DNA from: a virus
Reading direction: 5' to 3' (one strand)
Virus record (IMG/VR): IMGVR_UViG_3300010354_000051
Location: 32,001-96,000 of that record
DNA length: 64,000 nucleotides
Shown here: one piece after another, positions 10,234 through 20,200 of the stretch
How positions within the stretch are numbered: the first letter of the stretch is position 1
How the letters are laid out: each line of letters begins with the position of its first letter
Notes under the pieces: generated by a model
Seen by the model: only the letters and a program-made list of their open reading frames with translations
What the model was told of the DNA's origin: nothing
The model's database searches: none
Program-made: the position numbers and the translations under genes

Positions 10234-10912
10234 GTTTGTAGAGCTGAACGGAACTCGGTTTAACAAGACCGGGTTTGGCAAAAAATGGTCGGGCATTGTG
10301 ACTTCGTATGAGGTTGGAGTGACGTTGAGTGGGGAGGATAAAGAGTTTATCCAAGCGGTGTGCAGCAAGATAAGTAGGTTAAAGGAGTTATCTGAAAGAA
10401 GCGGGGTGGAGTTTTTGGTAACTAATAAGGTGTTTAATGGTAAGAGAGTAAAGGGGATTGTTTTGGTTACTCCTAACTCTAAACACCATGTCTGGGTTAG
10501 TAAAAGTTACGCTACCAGTGTGCTGTTCCCCAAACTATTTCTGCCCGACCCGGCCAAAACCAATAGAAAAAATGTTATTCGGGCTTTGAGAGACATAGTA
10601 GAGCCTCAGATAAAGCAGTATAGGCTATCTTTGAAAGGCAATTTGGTAATCAAGTCGGCAGCGACAGGCCAGCCTATACTCGGTGCTTATCATGTAGACC
10701 ATGTCTACCCGTTTATCCGACTTGTTGAGGAATGGTGCAGGGAGAATGAGCACGATTTGGAGAAGTTGGAAGTAGTGTGCAGAGGTACGTCTTGCAGGTT
10801 AAAAGATACAAGTATTGCCGAGAGCTGGTTTGACTATCACTTGCTAAATGCCAAGCTTCAAGTTTTAGACGCGGCTGAGAATGTTAAAAAAGGATCTAAG
10901 TATTTTGGTTAG
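10226..10912 (+). CDS. DCL/DUF3223-like protein with C-terminal HNH-like motif
   Basis: ALRDIVEPQI..YR, YHVDHVYPF..LVEEW and W..YH...A.LQVL..AENVKK match the phage DCL-family/HNH-like pattern (from memory). Confidence 0.6.
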   Translation: MAKFVELNGTRFNKTGFGKKWSGIVTSYEVGVTLSGEDKEFIQAVCSKISRLKELSERSGVEFLVTNKVFNGKRVKGIVLVTPNSKHHVWVSKSYATSVLFPKLFLPDPAKTNRKNVIRALRDIVEPQIKQYRLSLKGNLVIKSAATGQPILGAYHVDHVYPFIRLVEEWCRENEHDLEKLEVVCRGTSCRLKDTSIAESWFDYHLLNAKLQVLDAAENVKKGSKYFG

Positions 10913-11414
10913 AGGATAGCAGATCTTCTAATAGGCGGTTTGCTTCTAAGGCCAGGTAGTCCTCTATGCTTTTTTGTGGCGCGGAGATTCGGCTGAGCCA
11001 CGGGCGGTTTTCATCTACTTTCGGACTGGTATATAGGCTGTAGACAGGTTTGGCCTCAAGGCCGACTAAAGTACTCTCTTTTCCCGCCCCATACTTGTTT
11101 TTCAAGTATTGTAGGATTGGGGAATTTTCTCCGCCTTTTTCTAGTTGAGACTCCAGGCCTTTCAAAGACCGTTGAAGTTTCAGGAATAACTTGTCGCCTT
11201 CATTATTCGAGTCGACTTCAGCCGTCATCGACCCTATTGAGTTAACGTAATTAGACAGGTTATGGCTTATTTCTTTTGTAAACCCGTCTGTTACCGTTCT
11301 TAGGAACTCAACACGTACAGCCTCCTGAGCCTGCCCTATAACGGCAGACTTTATAATCTGTTTTAATGACTGCTCGACTACGTCAATGACCAGGGTTGAT
11401 AAGAGCGGGTTCAT
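10896..11414 (-). CDS. hypothetical protein, possibly virion/neck
   Basis: 172-aa ORF starting 2 nt after the hub gene stop, same strand. Confidence 0.65.
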   Translation of the reverse strand: MNPLLSTLVIDVVEQSLKQIIKSAVIGQAQEAVRVEFLRTVTDGFTKEISHNLSNYVNSIGSMTAEVDSNNEGDKLFLKLQRSLKGLESQLEKGGENSPILQYLKNKYGAGKESTLVGLEAKPVYSLYTSPKVDENRPWLSRISAPQKSIEDYLALEANRLLEDLLSSNQNT

Positions 11415-11415
11415 G

Positions 11416-14400
11416 TTACTTTACCCTTGAGCACTTCAACCCTTTATATATGCGTTCCGCCGCTGCTTTTCTCTTAATATTAGTACTTGAACCAGGATCC
11501 TTGTATCCGTCGCTTCTTTCAAAATACCTATTCCAGATCAGAGCTGCTTCTGACGGAGTTTTTGCTGAATTGATTTCGCCCACTAACTCCCCGCCCACAT
11601 CTCTCTTGGTTTTTATCTCATTAGCCATAAACCTCAATTCGCAATCCAGCCCTGGCTCATTTTTGCACTTAGCAATTATGCTGGTTTGTCTAGATCCACA
11701 CCATTGTGCTATGCCATAGGCTGGTGAACCGCTACAGCCAGCTCCGTCATTTCTACCCGCAATAAGCCCTGACTCCACTTCAAAATTGCCTAGTACGCCA
11801 GCGTATGCCACATTACTAGTTATGCCGACAGACTTCAAAGCGGACATTACCTTCTCTATAGTAACTTTCCTATCCTTAAGATAGCCATCTTCTGGCAAAT
11901 ACTTGCAATCAGAATCTGCAAACCCAGGAGTGTCTAGCGAGCTTGGGCTATACGCAGCTAGGAATTGTCTTAACTCTTCCGCTTCACTACAAATCAACTC
12001 GCAAGAAGACTTGTCACCAATCTTCCAGCATAAATCTCCTGCAGATCGGATATAGCCATAGTAGTCATTAGTCTTGTCAAAATCTCCTGAGATTTTATAA
12101 TCGGACAGATATTTCTCAAATGACGGGGACGGTACTTTTGCCGATGCGTTGCCCCAGTCACTAACTCCGGTCAGTGCCACTCTTAAATCTCCGCCAGTCC
12201 AGGTATATCTAACCGACCGTATAAACCACTTTGAAAACCTTTGCGGTATCCATATTCCAGGATCGATGTTACTCGGCCTGCCATTCTCAACCCAGTCATC
12301 ATATTTTGTTATGAGGGATAGGACGGTTCGGCCTGGGACAATTCTGAGGGCGCGAGGTATGCCCTTGAATTCCGTCTCTATCTCCGCCCCAGCGGCTGCT
12401 GGAGCGCTTTGAACACCTGCCCCGTACCTGGACCCTGCTGCGATGGAATCGGCCCCTCCCTGGACCCCAGAGGTCGAGTCTAGGTGGGCTATGCGGAACA
12501 CACCTTCAGGCGTGCTGATCAGAACCGAGTTACCGAATCCGCCACCACACGATTTGTTCCCCTCAATACAACCCGTAGTCTCAACTTTTTTAACAGTCGC
12601 CCCGTTTTTTAGATATATGGGAGTTCCTTTATCGGCGGGGTAGTCTATTGCCCCGTCGTAGTTATGGTGGCTACTCTTGCCGCTGGACAAATACCCCCTT
12701 CCTCTAACCACTCCGGAGACAGTTACATATCTGTAAAATATCTGGTTAAGTTTTTCTTCTTCGGATATGGCAGATCGGGGTACACATTCAAAGTGTATAT
12801 GCGAGCCGTAAGAATTACCAGTATTGCCTACTCTACCTGCGAAAGTACCACCGACTTGGTTGCCTGGCGAGGATACAGGATTCTTCACCCCTATTTTGTC
12901 TTGCTCGGCAGGAGTCAGATCTTCTAACGGCACGGCATAGTTCCAGACCAGATTAGGGGAGATTGTGATGTTTTGAAAAGCGTTTGACCCCTGAACCATA
13001 AACCGTGTAAACACTGTTTTTGATGTACCCAGCTTATCGTTTTTCTCCACCCTAGCTCCGACTTTAATTGAGCTTTCCATATTCTTCAGACCTCTTGTCT
13101 CTTGAAATATGGTTTTTTTGATGCAGTCTGATTGCTTGTCTTTTTTGCAAATTTGTAGGAAGTATTTTGTGCGAATTGTAACAGATCCGGCGTCAACTGA
13201 CGAAGTCACCACATTGCCTTCGAGCAAAGCCGTACCGGTCTCCCCGGTCACATTAAGCCCGAAGAAATTAACCTTATCCAGCTTCTGATTTGATACAGAA
13301 GGCCCGGCCGTATTCCAAACATAGCCAGAAGACCCCTGGATTGTGGAATACCGGTTTGACAGAGCTTCAAATTGTGAGGGGAAACTTGTCAGGTTTGTTT
13401 TTGCACCGGACAATTTTTGTTTACGTTTGTTAGGTAAGAGATCTTGCAAGATATAGTTCTTTTCTTCGAGACTGGTTGTATCTGTTTCAAATCCTATGCC
13501 CGAGTCATAACCATTGTACTCCAGGTTAAGGTTAAGAATGTCAGGAGGCACGTTTCCACTGATCGAATAGCCTTCAAACAACCCCTTGCCTAGATAGAAT
13601 ACAGAACAGCCCTGGTTTAAATTAGCCCTGGTGCAAATGGATATTTTCTTGGCATATTCCTTGAACGGCAATTTGGAATAACTGCCATTTACACTTCTCA
13701 GGTATTTTTTAATAACTTCCTCGGCTGTTACTGCTGTCTCTCTAAACGTCTCCGGAAATACTAACTTCTGGCTATAGTCAACGTCCGGGCTATTGCAGAA
13801 AGAAACCTTATGGCCGTGTTTTTCAACAATACTTTTCAAACCTTCCTCGATGGTGGTATTTTCAGCGAGCTGATAATTACCGAGGGTTTGGTTGAAGGCG
13901 ATTGTCTGAGAGTCTACTCCTTGCAGCGTTACTTGTGGATATTCTTTACCTTGCTTTACGTCAAATCTTTGAAGGCGGAAATAAGTCTCGAGTGAAAACT
14001 TTTGCCCGCTTATCTCATACCAGAACTTAACAAGGATATGGGCAAAATTGCCCAGGTAAGTCTTAGCTAGATTAGGGTCGGCTATGTCCTGGTATTTCCT
14101 AGTACATTTGTGCTTGCCAGGGTCTTGTCCTGGCAAACACTCCGGTAACAAAATATTGCTGTAAGCAGCTAGTGCCGGGTTGGTATAAGCTGCTGCCGAG
14201 TCAAACAGTGCGGCCCAAGCCACTCCAGTCATATACGGATCGGACAAAGTCACGTTGACTGTCGAGCCGGATAACGAGTTGACGAATTGACCAAGTTCTG
14301 TTCGACTATCCTGGTTCTGGGTGATTGGGTCGGGAACCCAATTCAGATCCATTCTAACCGATACGACTTGTCTCTCGTCAAACGGGATTATCTTGTCCGA

Positions 14401-14451
14401 TCCGTAAGGTCTATACCCTACAACGCACTTGCAGCGGTACAGAGATGACAC
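11416..14451 (-). CDS. baseplate hub (gpD-like) fused to M23 peptidase and phage tail lysozyme domains
   Basis: N-terminal gpD-like segment; M23 motifs GRVGNTGNSYGSHIHFE, HNYDGAID, AHLD; C-terminal AGVLGNFEVESG...YGIAQW...YFERS of the tail lysozyme family. Confidence 0.85.
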   Translation of the reverse strand: MSSLYRCKCVVGYRPYGSDKIIPFDERQVVSVRMDLNWVPDPITQNQDSRTELGQFVNSLSGSTVNVTLSDPYMTGVAWAALFDSAAAYTNPALAAYSNILLPECLPGQDPGKHKCTRKYQDIADPNLAKTYLGNFAHILVKFWYEISGQKFSLETYFRLQRFDVKQGKEYPQVTLQGVDSQTIAFNQTLGNYQLAENTTIEEGLKSIVEKHGHKVSFCNSPDVDYSQKLVFPETFRETAVTAEEVIKKYLRSVNGSYSKLPFKEYAKKISICTRANLNQGCSVFYLGKGLFEGYSISGNVPPDILNLNLEYNGYDSGIGFETDTTSLEEKNYILQDLLPNKRKQKLSGAKTNLTSFPSQFEALSNRYSTIQGSSGYVWNTAGPSVSNQKLDKVNFFGLNVTGETGTALLEGNVVTSSVDAGSVTIRTKYFLQICKKDKQSDCIKKTIFQETRGLKNMESSIKVGARVEKNDKLGTSKTVFTRFMVQGSNAFQNITISPNLVWNYAVPLEDLTPAEQDKIGVKNPVSSPGNQVGGTFAGRVGNTGNSYGSHIHFECVPRSAISEEEKLNQIFYRYVTVSGVVRGRGYLSSGKSSHHNYDGAIDYPADKGTPIYLKNGATVKKVETTGCIEGNKSCGGGFGNSVLISTPEGVFRIAHLDSTSGVQGGADSIAAGSRYGAGVQSAPAAAGAEIETEFKGIPRALRIVPGRTVLSLITKYDDWVENGRPSNIDPGIWIPQRFSKWFIRSVRYTWTGGDLRVALTGVSDWGNASAKVPSPSFEKYLSDYKISGDFDKTNDYYGYIRSAGDLCWKIGDKSSCELICSEAEELRQFLAAYSPSSLDTPGFADSDCKYLPEDGYLKDRKVTIEKVMSALKSVGITSNVAYAGVLGNFEVESGLIAGRNDGAGCSGSPAYGIAQWCGSRQTSIIAKCKNEPGLDCELRFMANEIKTKRDVGGELVGEINSAKTPSEAALIWNRYFERSDGYKDPGSSTNIKRKAAAERIYKGLKCSRVK

Positions 14452-14456
14452 TAGTA

Positions 14457-15179
14457 TTAGCCGATAGCAGTTACAGTAGCTGTAGCGCCGCTACCCGTGC
14501 CGTTGCTTTGGCCAGCATGAGTAGTGTCGATTGTCAGGCTAGCTATGCTACCGACAGCGAAGCCATTACCAGCAGAGCTGATAGAGGTGATGTTGGTAAC
14601 CAGGCCCGAGCTAATGTCGCCAACCACTTTAGCTGCGACATACTGAGCCGGATCAATTTGATCACCGACAGCCAGGGTAGCATTGAACACCACGCCGGTA
14701 GAAGTGCCTGTACCCGCACCATTTTTAGAATAGCCAGAACCCTGGGCGGTACGAGTGATAGTCACAATCGGGCCGACAGGGATTACATAGTCTACAATGG
14801 CGGACAGGACCACACTTAGCTTATAGACCGCTACCATGAAATGGTAATCACCTTCGCCGGCAATACCTACAAAGCGGCTTACATTGACCAGATTGTCATT
14901 AAGGCTATTTTTATAGGGATTGGTAGGAACGTCAGGGTTGTTGACCAGAGCTTCGATAATAAGTTCGAGAAGTCCGTATGCGTATTGCTTTGAGGAAAAC
15001 CCCATACTCGGACCGCACTCGACAAACTTGTTGTAGAGGGATGTGCGGATGGCCGGAGTATTGCCGTTTTGGTTATAGTCCAGAACTAGCTTATCAGCCA
15101 GAACCGTGCTGAAAAAATCCTGCAGTTCGAGTTTATAGTTGAACTCAAGACCGACTAGTCGTCTCAGGGTAGTTGACAT
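14457..15179 (-). CDS. probable abundant virion structural protein
   Basis: 240 aa; C-terminal G/T/S-rich beta domain (GSGYS...GNGF...GSGATATVT); C-ending codon bias like the sheath/capsid genes; own motif copy upstream. Confidence 0.7.
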   Translation of the reverse strand: MSTTLRRLVGLEFNYKLELQDFFSTVLADKLVLDYNQNGNTPAIRTSLYNKFVECGPSMGFSSKQYAYGLLELIIEALVNNPDVPTNPYKNSLNDNLVNVSRFVGIAGEGDYHFMVAVYKLSVVLSAIVDYVIPVGPIVTITRTAQGSGYSKNGAGTGTSTGVVFNATLAVGDQIDPAQYVAAKVVGDISSGLVTNITSISSAGNGFAVGSIASLTIDTTHAGQSNGTGSGATATVTAIG

Positions 15180-15215
15180 TTTACTACGAGTGGGAATTAC
15201 CCAGATTCTAAATCT

Positions 15216-15231
15216 TCAATTAGCTTTCAAC
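15216..15231 (-). promoter_or_regulatory. candidate late promoter GTTGAAAG-CTAAT-TGA
   Basis: Core motif 44 nt upstream of the ATG at 15179; 3' element deviates. Confidence 0.5.
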
Positions 15232-15236
15232 ACTGT

Positions 15237-15569
15237 TTAGACTTGCCGGATTCTTAAAACACCCTGGTAGTGATACAATCCGCCTATGGCAACAGGGGGA
15301 GTTGCCGCTGCTGCTAGTGTATCGCTAGCAAACTCCCTCAGTCCAGTAAAATCTATTGTGGAAAATGGGACAGGTTTACCTTCTCCTAGCTCTTTGACTA
15401 CACCCTCAGAGTCAACGTAAAGTATCTCTGAGTGAACTTCGTTTAAGAACAGTTCTCCTCTTTTTACATTTTGGCTATCTTCGTCATATAAATCTTGAAC
15501 GAATTGTTTTCTTTTATTAGGATCTGAGGTAAATCTAACCCCCCAGCGTCCTTTAGGCTCTGCTGTCAT
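15237..15569 (-). CDS. small virion/fibre-associated protein
   Basis: KRGELFLNE..ILYVD and AAAA..VAIGGLYHYQGVLRIR motifs common in phage fibre proteins. Confidence 0.65.
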   Translation of the reverse strand: MTAEPKGRWGVRFTSDPNKRKQFVQDLYDEDSQNVKRGELFLNEVHSEILYVDSEGVVKELGEGKPVPFSTIDFTGLREFASDTLAAAATPPVAIGGLYHYQGVLRIRQV

Positions 15570-15585
15570 CGGTTTACACTGTTCT

Positions 15586-15601
15586 CTTCTCAGCTTTCAA
15601 C
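15586..15601 (-). promoter_or_regulatory. candidate late promoter GTTGAAAG-CTGAG-AAG
   Basis: Intergenic; core 24 nt upstream of the ATG at 15569. Confidence 0.6.
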
Positions 15602-15638
15602 TTTTGCTAGAATAGACCTGTCTCTCCTCCTACCCTCT

Positions 15639-16205
15639 GTGGAAATTATTGTTGTTCTGGGCGCAGATCGAGTGGGTAAATCTACCCTTATCAGAAAAAC
15701 AGAAGCTTTGTGTAAAAGTGCCGCAGTCAGTTCTCACATTTGGCATTTTTCAGAAGTCAAGCCCTGGCACCATTCTCCAATCGACCAGTTTTTGAAAAAA
15801 TTCGATGAGATGAAAGCAATTAGACAAGATTTACAACCGCAGTATTTGCTTATCGATCGCTTTGTCTCTGATACACTTTTCTACGAACCTTATAGAAACA
15901 GATTTGAGAAAGTAGATCCCTCCTGGGCCAGGTCAGTTGAGTCTGGATTGCTAGAGCTGAGTAGTTCTGTTGAGTATGTACTTCTCGAGCACGGTTGGGA
16001 CGAGGAGATGGTAAAGAGGCATACTGAGGAGATAAAGCGAGAAGGTAAGAATGCGGTTAGCAAATACTGGATAGACCTGAATCTAGAGGTAAGGAAAAAA
16101 GAGCATTTTGAATACTACAAACACACTGGCTGGTATCTGTCGAAGTCGACAAATATCCCCTGCCGGTATATCGGACCGGATAGTTCAACCCTGTTGAAAG
16201 TTTAG
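15639..16205 (+). CDS. thymidylate kinase-like P-loop kinase
   Basis: N-terminal IIVVLGADRVGKST P-loop and LLIDRF motif. Confidence 0.75.
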   Translation: MEIIVVLGADRVGKSTLIRKTEALCKSAAVSSHIWHFSEVKPWHHSPIDQFLKKFDEMKAIRQDLQPQYLLIDRFVSDTLFYEPYRNRFEKVDPSWARSVESGLLELSSSVEYVLLEHGWDEEMVKRHTEEIKREGKNAVSKYWIDLNLEVRKKEHFEYYKHTGWYLSKSTNIPCRYIGPDSSTLLKV

Positions 16206-16208
16206 TAG
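16193..16208 (+). promoter_or_regulatory. candidate late promoter GTTGAAAG-TTTAG-TAG
   Basis: Perfect motif copy overlapping the kinase stop codon. Confidence 0.6.
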
Positions 16209-16252
16209 GTGAAACTTTTATGACCGAGCTACGCTCGAAACCATAATCACTC

Positions 16253-16280
16253 GCGGGGCGAACTATCGTCCCGCTTTTTT
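16253..16280 (+). terminator. intrinsic terminator
   Basis: GCGGGGCG-AACTAT-CGTCCCGC hairpin followed by TTTTTT. Confidence 0.8.
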
Positions 16281-16294
16281 GTACTTACATTCTG

Positions 16295-17038
16295 ATGGCT
16301 AAAGGCAGAACCAGGAAACAGAAGATCGTCGTACCCGGTTATGACGAGATGGCTTATGGGCTACCTCACCGCTCCAGTGAAGCAGAGGTACGCCGGATTC
16401 ACCCTATGAATGAGAATCAGTCCGCTGCTCTGGACTATCTCCGTTCTAAAACGTTGACTATTTTGACTGGACCTCCCGGCACAGCAAAAACTCTTCTGTC
16501 GGTTTACGTTGCCTGCGAAAAGCTTCAAAAAAGAGAGATAGACAAGATCTATTATGTTAAGCCTATTGTCGATGTGCCTGGAGAGAAGGGTATCGGGTTT
16601 TTGCCTGGAGACAAGTCAGAGAAACTCGATCCGCATTTCGCTTCGTTAAAAGATGCGTTGTGTGTGTTTATGGCCAAGGGTAAATGTGATTATCTTATTG
16701 ATAAGAAAATCATCGAGTTTATACCTATTGGCGACTTGAGGGGGCGGTCTCTAGACCGATGTTTTATTATCGCTGACGAGATGCAGAATGCTTCGACCCA
16801 TAGCGTTCTGACAATACTTACCCGACTGGGCGAAAATAGCTACATCTCGCTGATGGGAGACACTGTACAAAGAGACTTATCTCTTCGATACGGTGAGGAC
16901 GGGTTATCCGATGCTCTGAACAGGCTAGGCAAATTCAAAGAAGATGTTGGCCACGTTCAGTTTAGCATTGACGATATTGTCCGGTCCGGGTTTGTGAAGA
17001 ATGTTATACTTTCTTATTCTGACCTGTACCAGAAATAG
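16295..17038 (+). CDS. phoH: PhoH-family ATPase
   Basis: ILTGPPGTAKT, LRGRSLD, IIADEMQN, LTRLGENS, GDTVQRD, DIVRSGFV. Confidence 0.95.
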   Translation: MAKGRTRKQKIVVPGYDEMAYGLPHRSSEAEVRRIHPMNENQSAALDYLRSKTLTILTGPPGTAKTLLSVYVACEKLQKREIDKIYYVKPIVDVPGEKGIGFLPGDKSEKLDPHFASLKDALCVFMAKGKCDYLIDKKIIEFIPIGDLRGRSLDRCFIIADEMQNASTHSVLTILTRLGENSYISLMGDTVQRDLSLRYGEDGLSDALNRLGKFKEDVGHVQFSIDDIVRSGFVKNVILSYSDLYQK

Positions 17039-17237
17039 ATTTATTTCTTAGGACGGCCTCAGCTCCGGAGGGGAAAAACACTCCTCCGGTAAACATCCAA
17101 CGCTCTAGACAAGCGTTGGGGTTTTTATCTCCCCAGGCCCAGTTAGGTATTTCACACATTGAGAGGAAAGCCAGGCAGAAAATTAACTGACCGGCCAGAA
17201 ATACATACGACTCTATCGTGTTGAGTTTTTTCTCCAT
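17004..17237 (-). CDS. small predicted membrane protein
   Basis: 77 aa with hydrophobic segment YVFLAGQLIFCLAFLSM; start uncertain because the upstream motif copy overlaps the ATG. Confidence 0.55.
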   Translation of the reverse strand: MEKKLNTIESYVFLAGQLIFCLAFLSMCEIPNWAWGDKNPNACLERWMFTGGVFFPSGAEAVLRNKSISGTGQNKKV

Positions 17238-17276
17238 ACCCGGCTTTCAACTTTTGCCAAGTTGAAGGCTTATTAG
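17236..17276. promoter_or_regulatory. divergent pair of late-promoter motifs
   Basis: CTTTCAAC (17244-17251, minus strand) and GTTGAAGG-CTTAT-TAG (17261-17276, plus strand) back to back; the plus copy is 20 nt from the ATG at 17289. Confidence 0.6.
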
Positions 17277-17288
17277 CTCTGGGTTGGT

Positions 17289-20200
17289 ATGGCAACTAAG
17301 TTTGATACCGGTTTAACTCTCTCCGGTCAGACGTTAATAGAATCTCTAACGAAAAAGATTAACAAGAGGGAAATAGACAAAAAGTATATAGGTTTGCAGA
17401 GATCGCTAGCTCTGTCCGACCTGACCAATCGTAGCCAAGCTCTGAATAATATACTGAGCGGAATCAGCAATCTTGAGACCTCGGAGAGAAATCAATATGG
17501 GAGTATTTTTAACTCGTCAGATTGGAATGTTACTGGTGATTTTATACAACAGGGAATTAACAAAAACTTCCTCAGCCAGTTAAATTTCAGTAGCAGTTTG
17601 CAGGGGCAGGTCTCGGTCACTCCGCGAATTAGGATACAAGATCAGATCACTTCCCTTAATTCTTTCTATGGCGAAGGTAGTTTTCCTGGTTACCATAACG
17701 GACTCGATGCTCAGTTTTACAAACCGCCCCAGCCCGCCCACAAGGGGTTTATTAAGTTTGACTTTAATGACCTGACTGGTAGTGTAACTGTAAGCGAGCT
17801 GATTGGTACAGACGGAGTAACAACACTCTCACCCTCCAGTTTGCTAAATGGCAAGTCTCAAATAGTTGTTATTTTAGATAGTTATACAGCTAGTTCGGGG
17901 GAGAAGATTTCTCTAACGGGGGTGGAAGTGAACCTCAAGTTGGTCTCTCCTACTACATGGTCAGTGAGTCAAGGTCTGAGTAAGCTTATTGCTGTAAAAA
18001 ACTCTTTGATCGGGTCTGATGTGTTCTCAGGTCTGGCTTTTAGGTTTTCTCAGGAGTACACGCTACTAAACCCGCCTCCTTGGTTTGCCCAATCTCCCGC
18101 AAACGCTGCGGTTGAAGCAGGTGCTGATGATTTAAATCCGGCCACATCCCACAGGCTATTGGTTGAGTCAAATGGGTCGTATGTGCCGGTAAAAAATAAG
18201 GGGTACTGGTATACTAAATCGGCTATTTTTGACCGCTGGTCGGCTAATGAGCAGGGGTCTATAACACTTGTACAAACAGATTATAATAAAGTTTTTGTTC
18301 TAGACTCCAATATGGAGTGGAAAGAACCCCCTACCGAACTCAAGTCAGAAGTTGGTAATTGGGGAGTGAGATGGGACGGTTATATTAAAATTGTTCCGGA
18401 TAACTATTTGTTCCAAGTGCAGACAAATGTCTTGGTGAAGATAGATATGGCTATAGGGGCTAATAGCTCCTGGGTGAATGTATTTGACAGCACTTCCGAC
18501 CCGGTTTTGTCTGATGTGGAGAGCGGCTATGTCTCCTCTCAATCTTTTGATGGCTCGACTATATCCGAACAGTTTAAATACTATACCTCGGCTGTTGATT
18601 GGAGCGCGTATGTACCTATAACAATACGGATGTATTACGGGCAGGCTGACAGAGCATTCCCTAACATACTATCCCCCCAACAACCTAATCTTTTTATAAA
18701 AACTACCACCCTTACCACACCTGTTGCGTATTCCGATGCGAATTATGAAATAACAATAGCTGGTTCGGACGTTAGCGGCTGGACTATTACCAGTCCGGCC
18801 CTTGCTGATATAATCTCAGCTCTGCAAAATACTCAAATCTCCGTAACTTATACAATAACTGGTACGGCTTCTGGGAGCGTTCTGCCCGTGCCCGTGCTAA
18901 TTAATATGACCACGGATGGGACAACCGTTTCCAGTATTAGCCAGTTAGGTCTAGATCCGGGGAGCTATGTGCTAAAGTTGACCCCGTATCGGTCTGACTC
19001 TTATATTAGAAATGCTAAGCCGTTATGGAGGGGTAGGTTAGCTTCCCCGTCACCCGACCATCAGAACTATAGCGATATGACAGACGGGAGCTTCTCTCCC
19101 GATTTGCTCAAAACCAGTTTTGACATGAGGCCGGAGTGGTGGAAGATAACTCGCGGCCACCCGTATAACATCGCTCTGCCCCCATCACGTACCAACACTC
19201 CTCTGGACGGTTTTCTTACAAATAAGTTTAAGCCTGTATTAAGTTCTGAGGCTACTGGAGTCGGGCTTTATGGATCGGGTGACGGGGTAACATTCTCATC
19301 TCGACCAAACATTATATGCGGTGAAGCCAGGTATAGCACTTCAGACCCCTTGGGATCAAACTATACCGGAATCAGGCTTTTGTCCAATAGTTTCGGCGAG
19401 GGAGGTAGGCTAATTGTTAACGCACTACCTTTAAATAACTCTCTGTACAACAGCCCTGATTTGCTAGGTCAGAATGACCTGGGCGGTTCTCCCAATCATT
19501 TAACAGCCGGATCAACTAATCTAATCAGCTATATAGCCAGGTTATATTTGAGAGAGACTGCTTCTCCAGCAGATTTGTACAATAAGTACTATTTAATAGC
19601 TAATCCTACTCTGGCTACGGCTAGTGATGATCCGACTGCCTGGGGGCTGCCACCTTTCTCAAGCCCTTTGTGGTTGTCTCCAATCACCGTTTTTGTGGTC
19701 AGTGTAGCGGACGATCTACTTTTTACAACCAATGTAAAGAGTTTAGTCTCTCCGTTAACACTATCCGTGGAGAAGAAGACAGTGTCAGGGTTTGATCTGC
19801 TGTGTTTCACTACTACACAGAGCTCGATATTAGTTGGCGGGTCGGAGAAAGTAGACTTTGCTTCTAAGTATGTAAATTTCTACACCGAGTCGAATATAGC
19901 CTTTCAGTACGGCAGAGTAGATACTGGAGACTCGTTGTCATTTGCTGATTGCTTAAAAATTACCTATGTAAATAACGAACTACAGCCCTTGGATAGTGAA
20001 GTACCCCGCCCTCCTTCAGATAGGGTGACGCCGTTCGGATTTGACAGACCGCAGTTTACTAAGGACTTGTGCTACCCACCTTATGTAATTAACAATCCGT
20101 TACTATCTGACATAGCCGTCGAAGATACAGCCCTTTATTCAGCTCCTGCTGGGAACTACGACGTTTTCTGGGGAGATAATACTAAAGCAGCTTTGGGGGG

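Noticed and set aside
14445-14819. 124-aa plus-strand ORF
   Set aside because: Antisense shadow of the 14457-15179 gene, which has the biased codon usage and a promoter motif.
16215-16246. TTATGA...stem...GAAAC resembling a hammerhead core
   Set aside because: Lacks the invariant CUGA of CUGANGA, has extra bases before stem II, and no stems I/III are evident.
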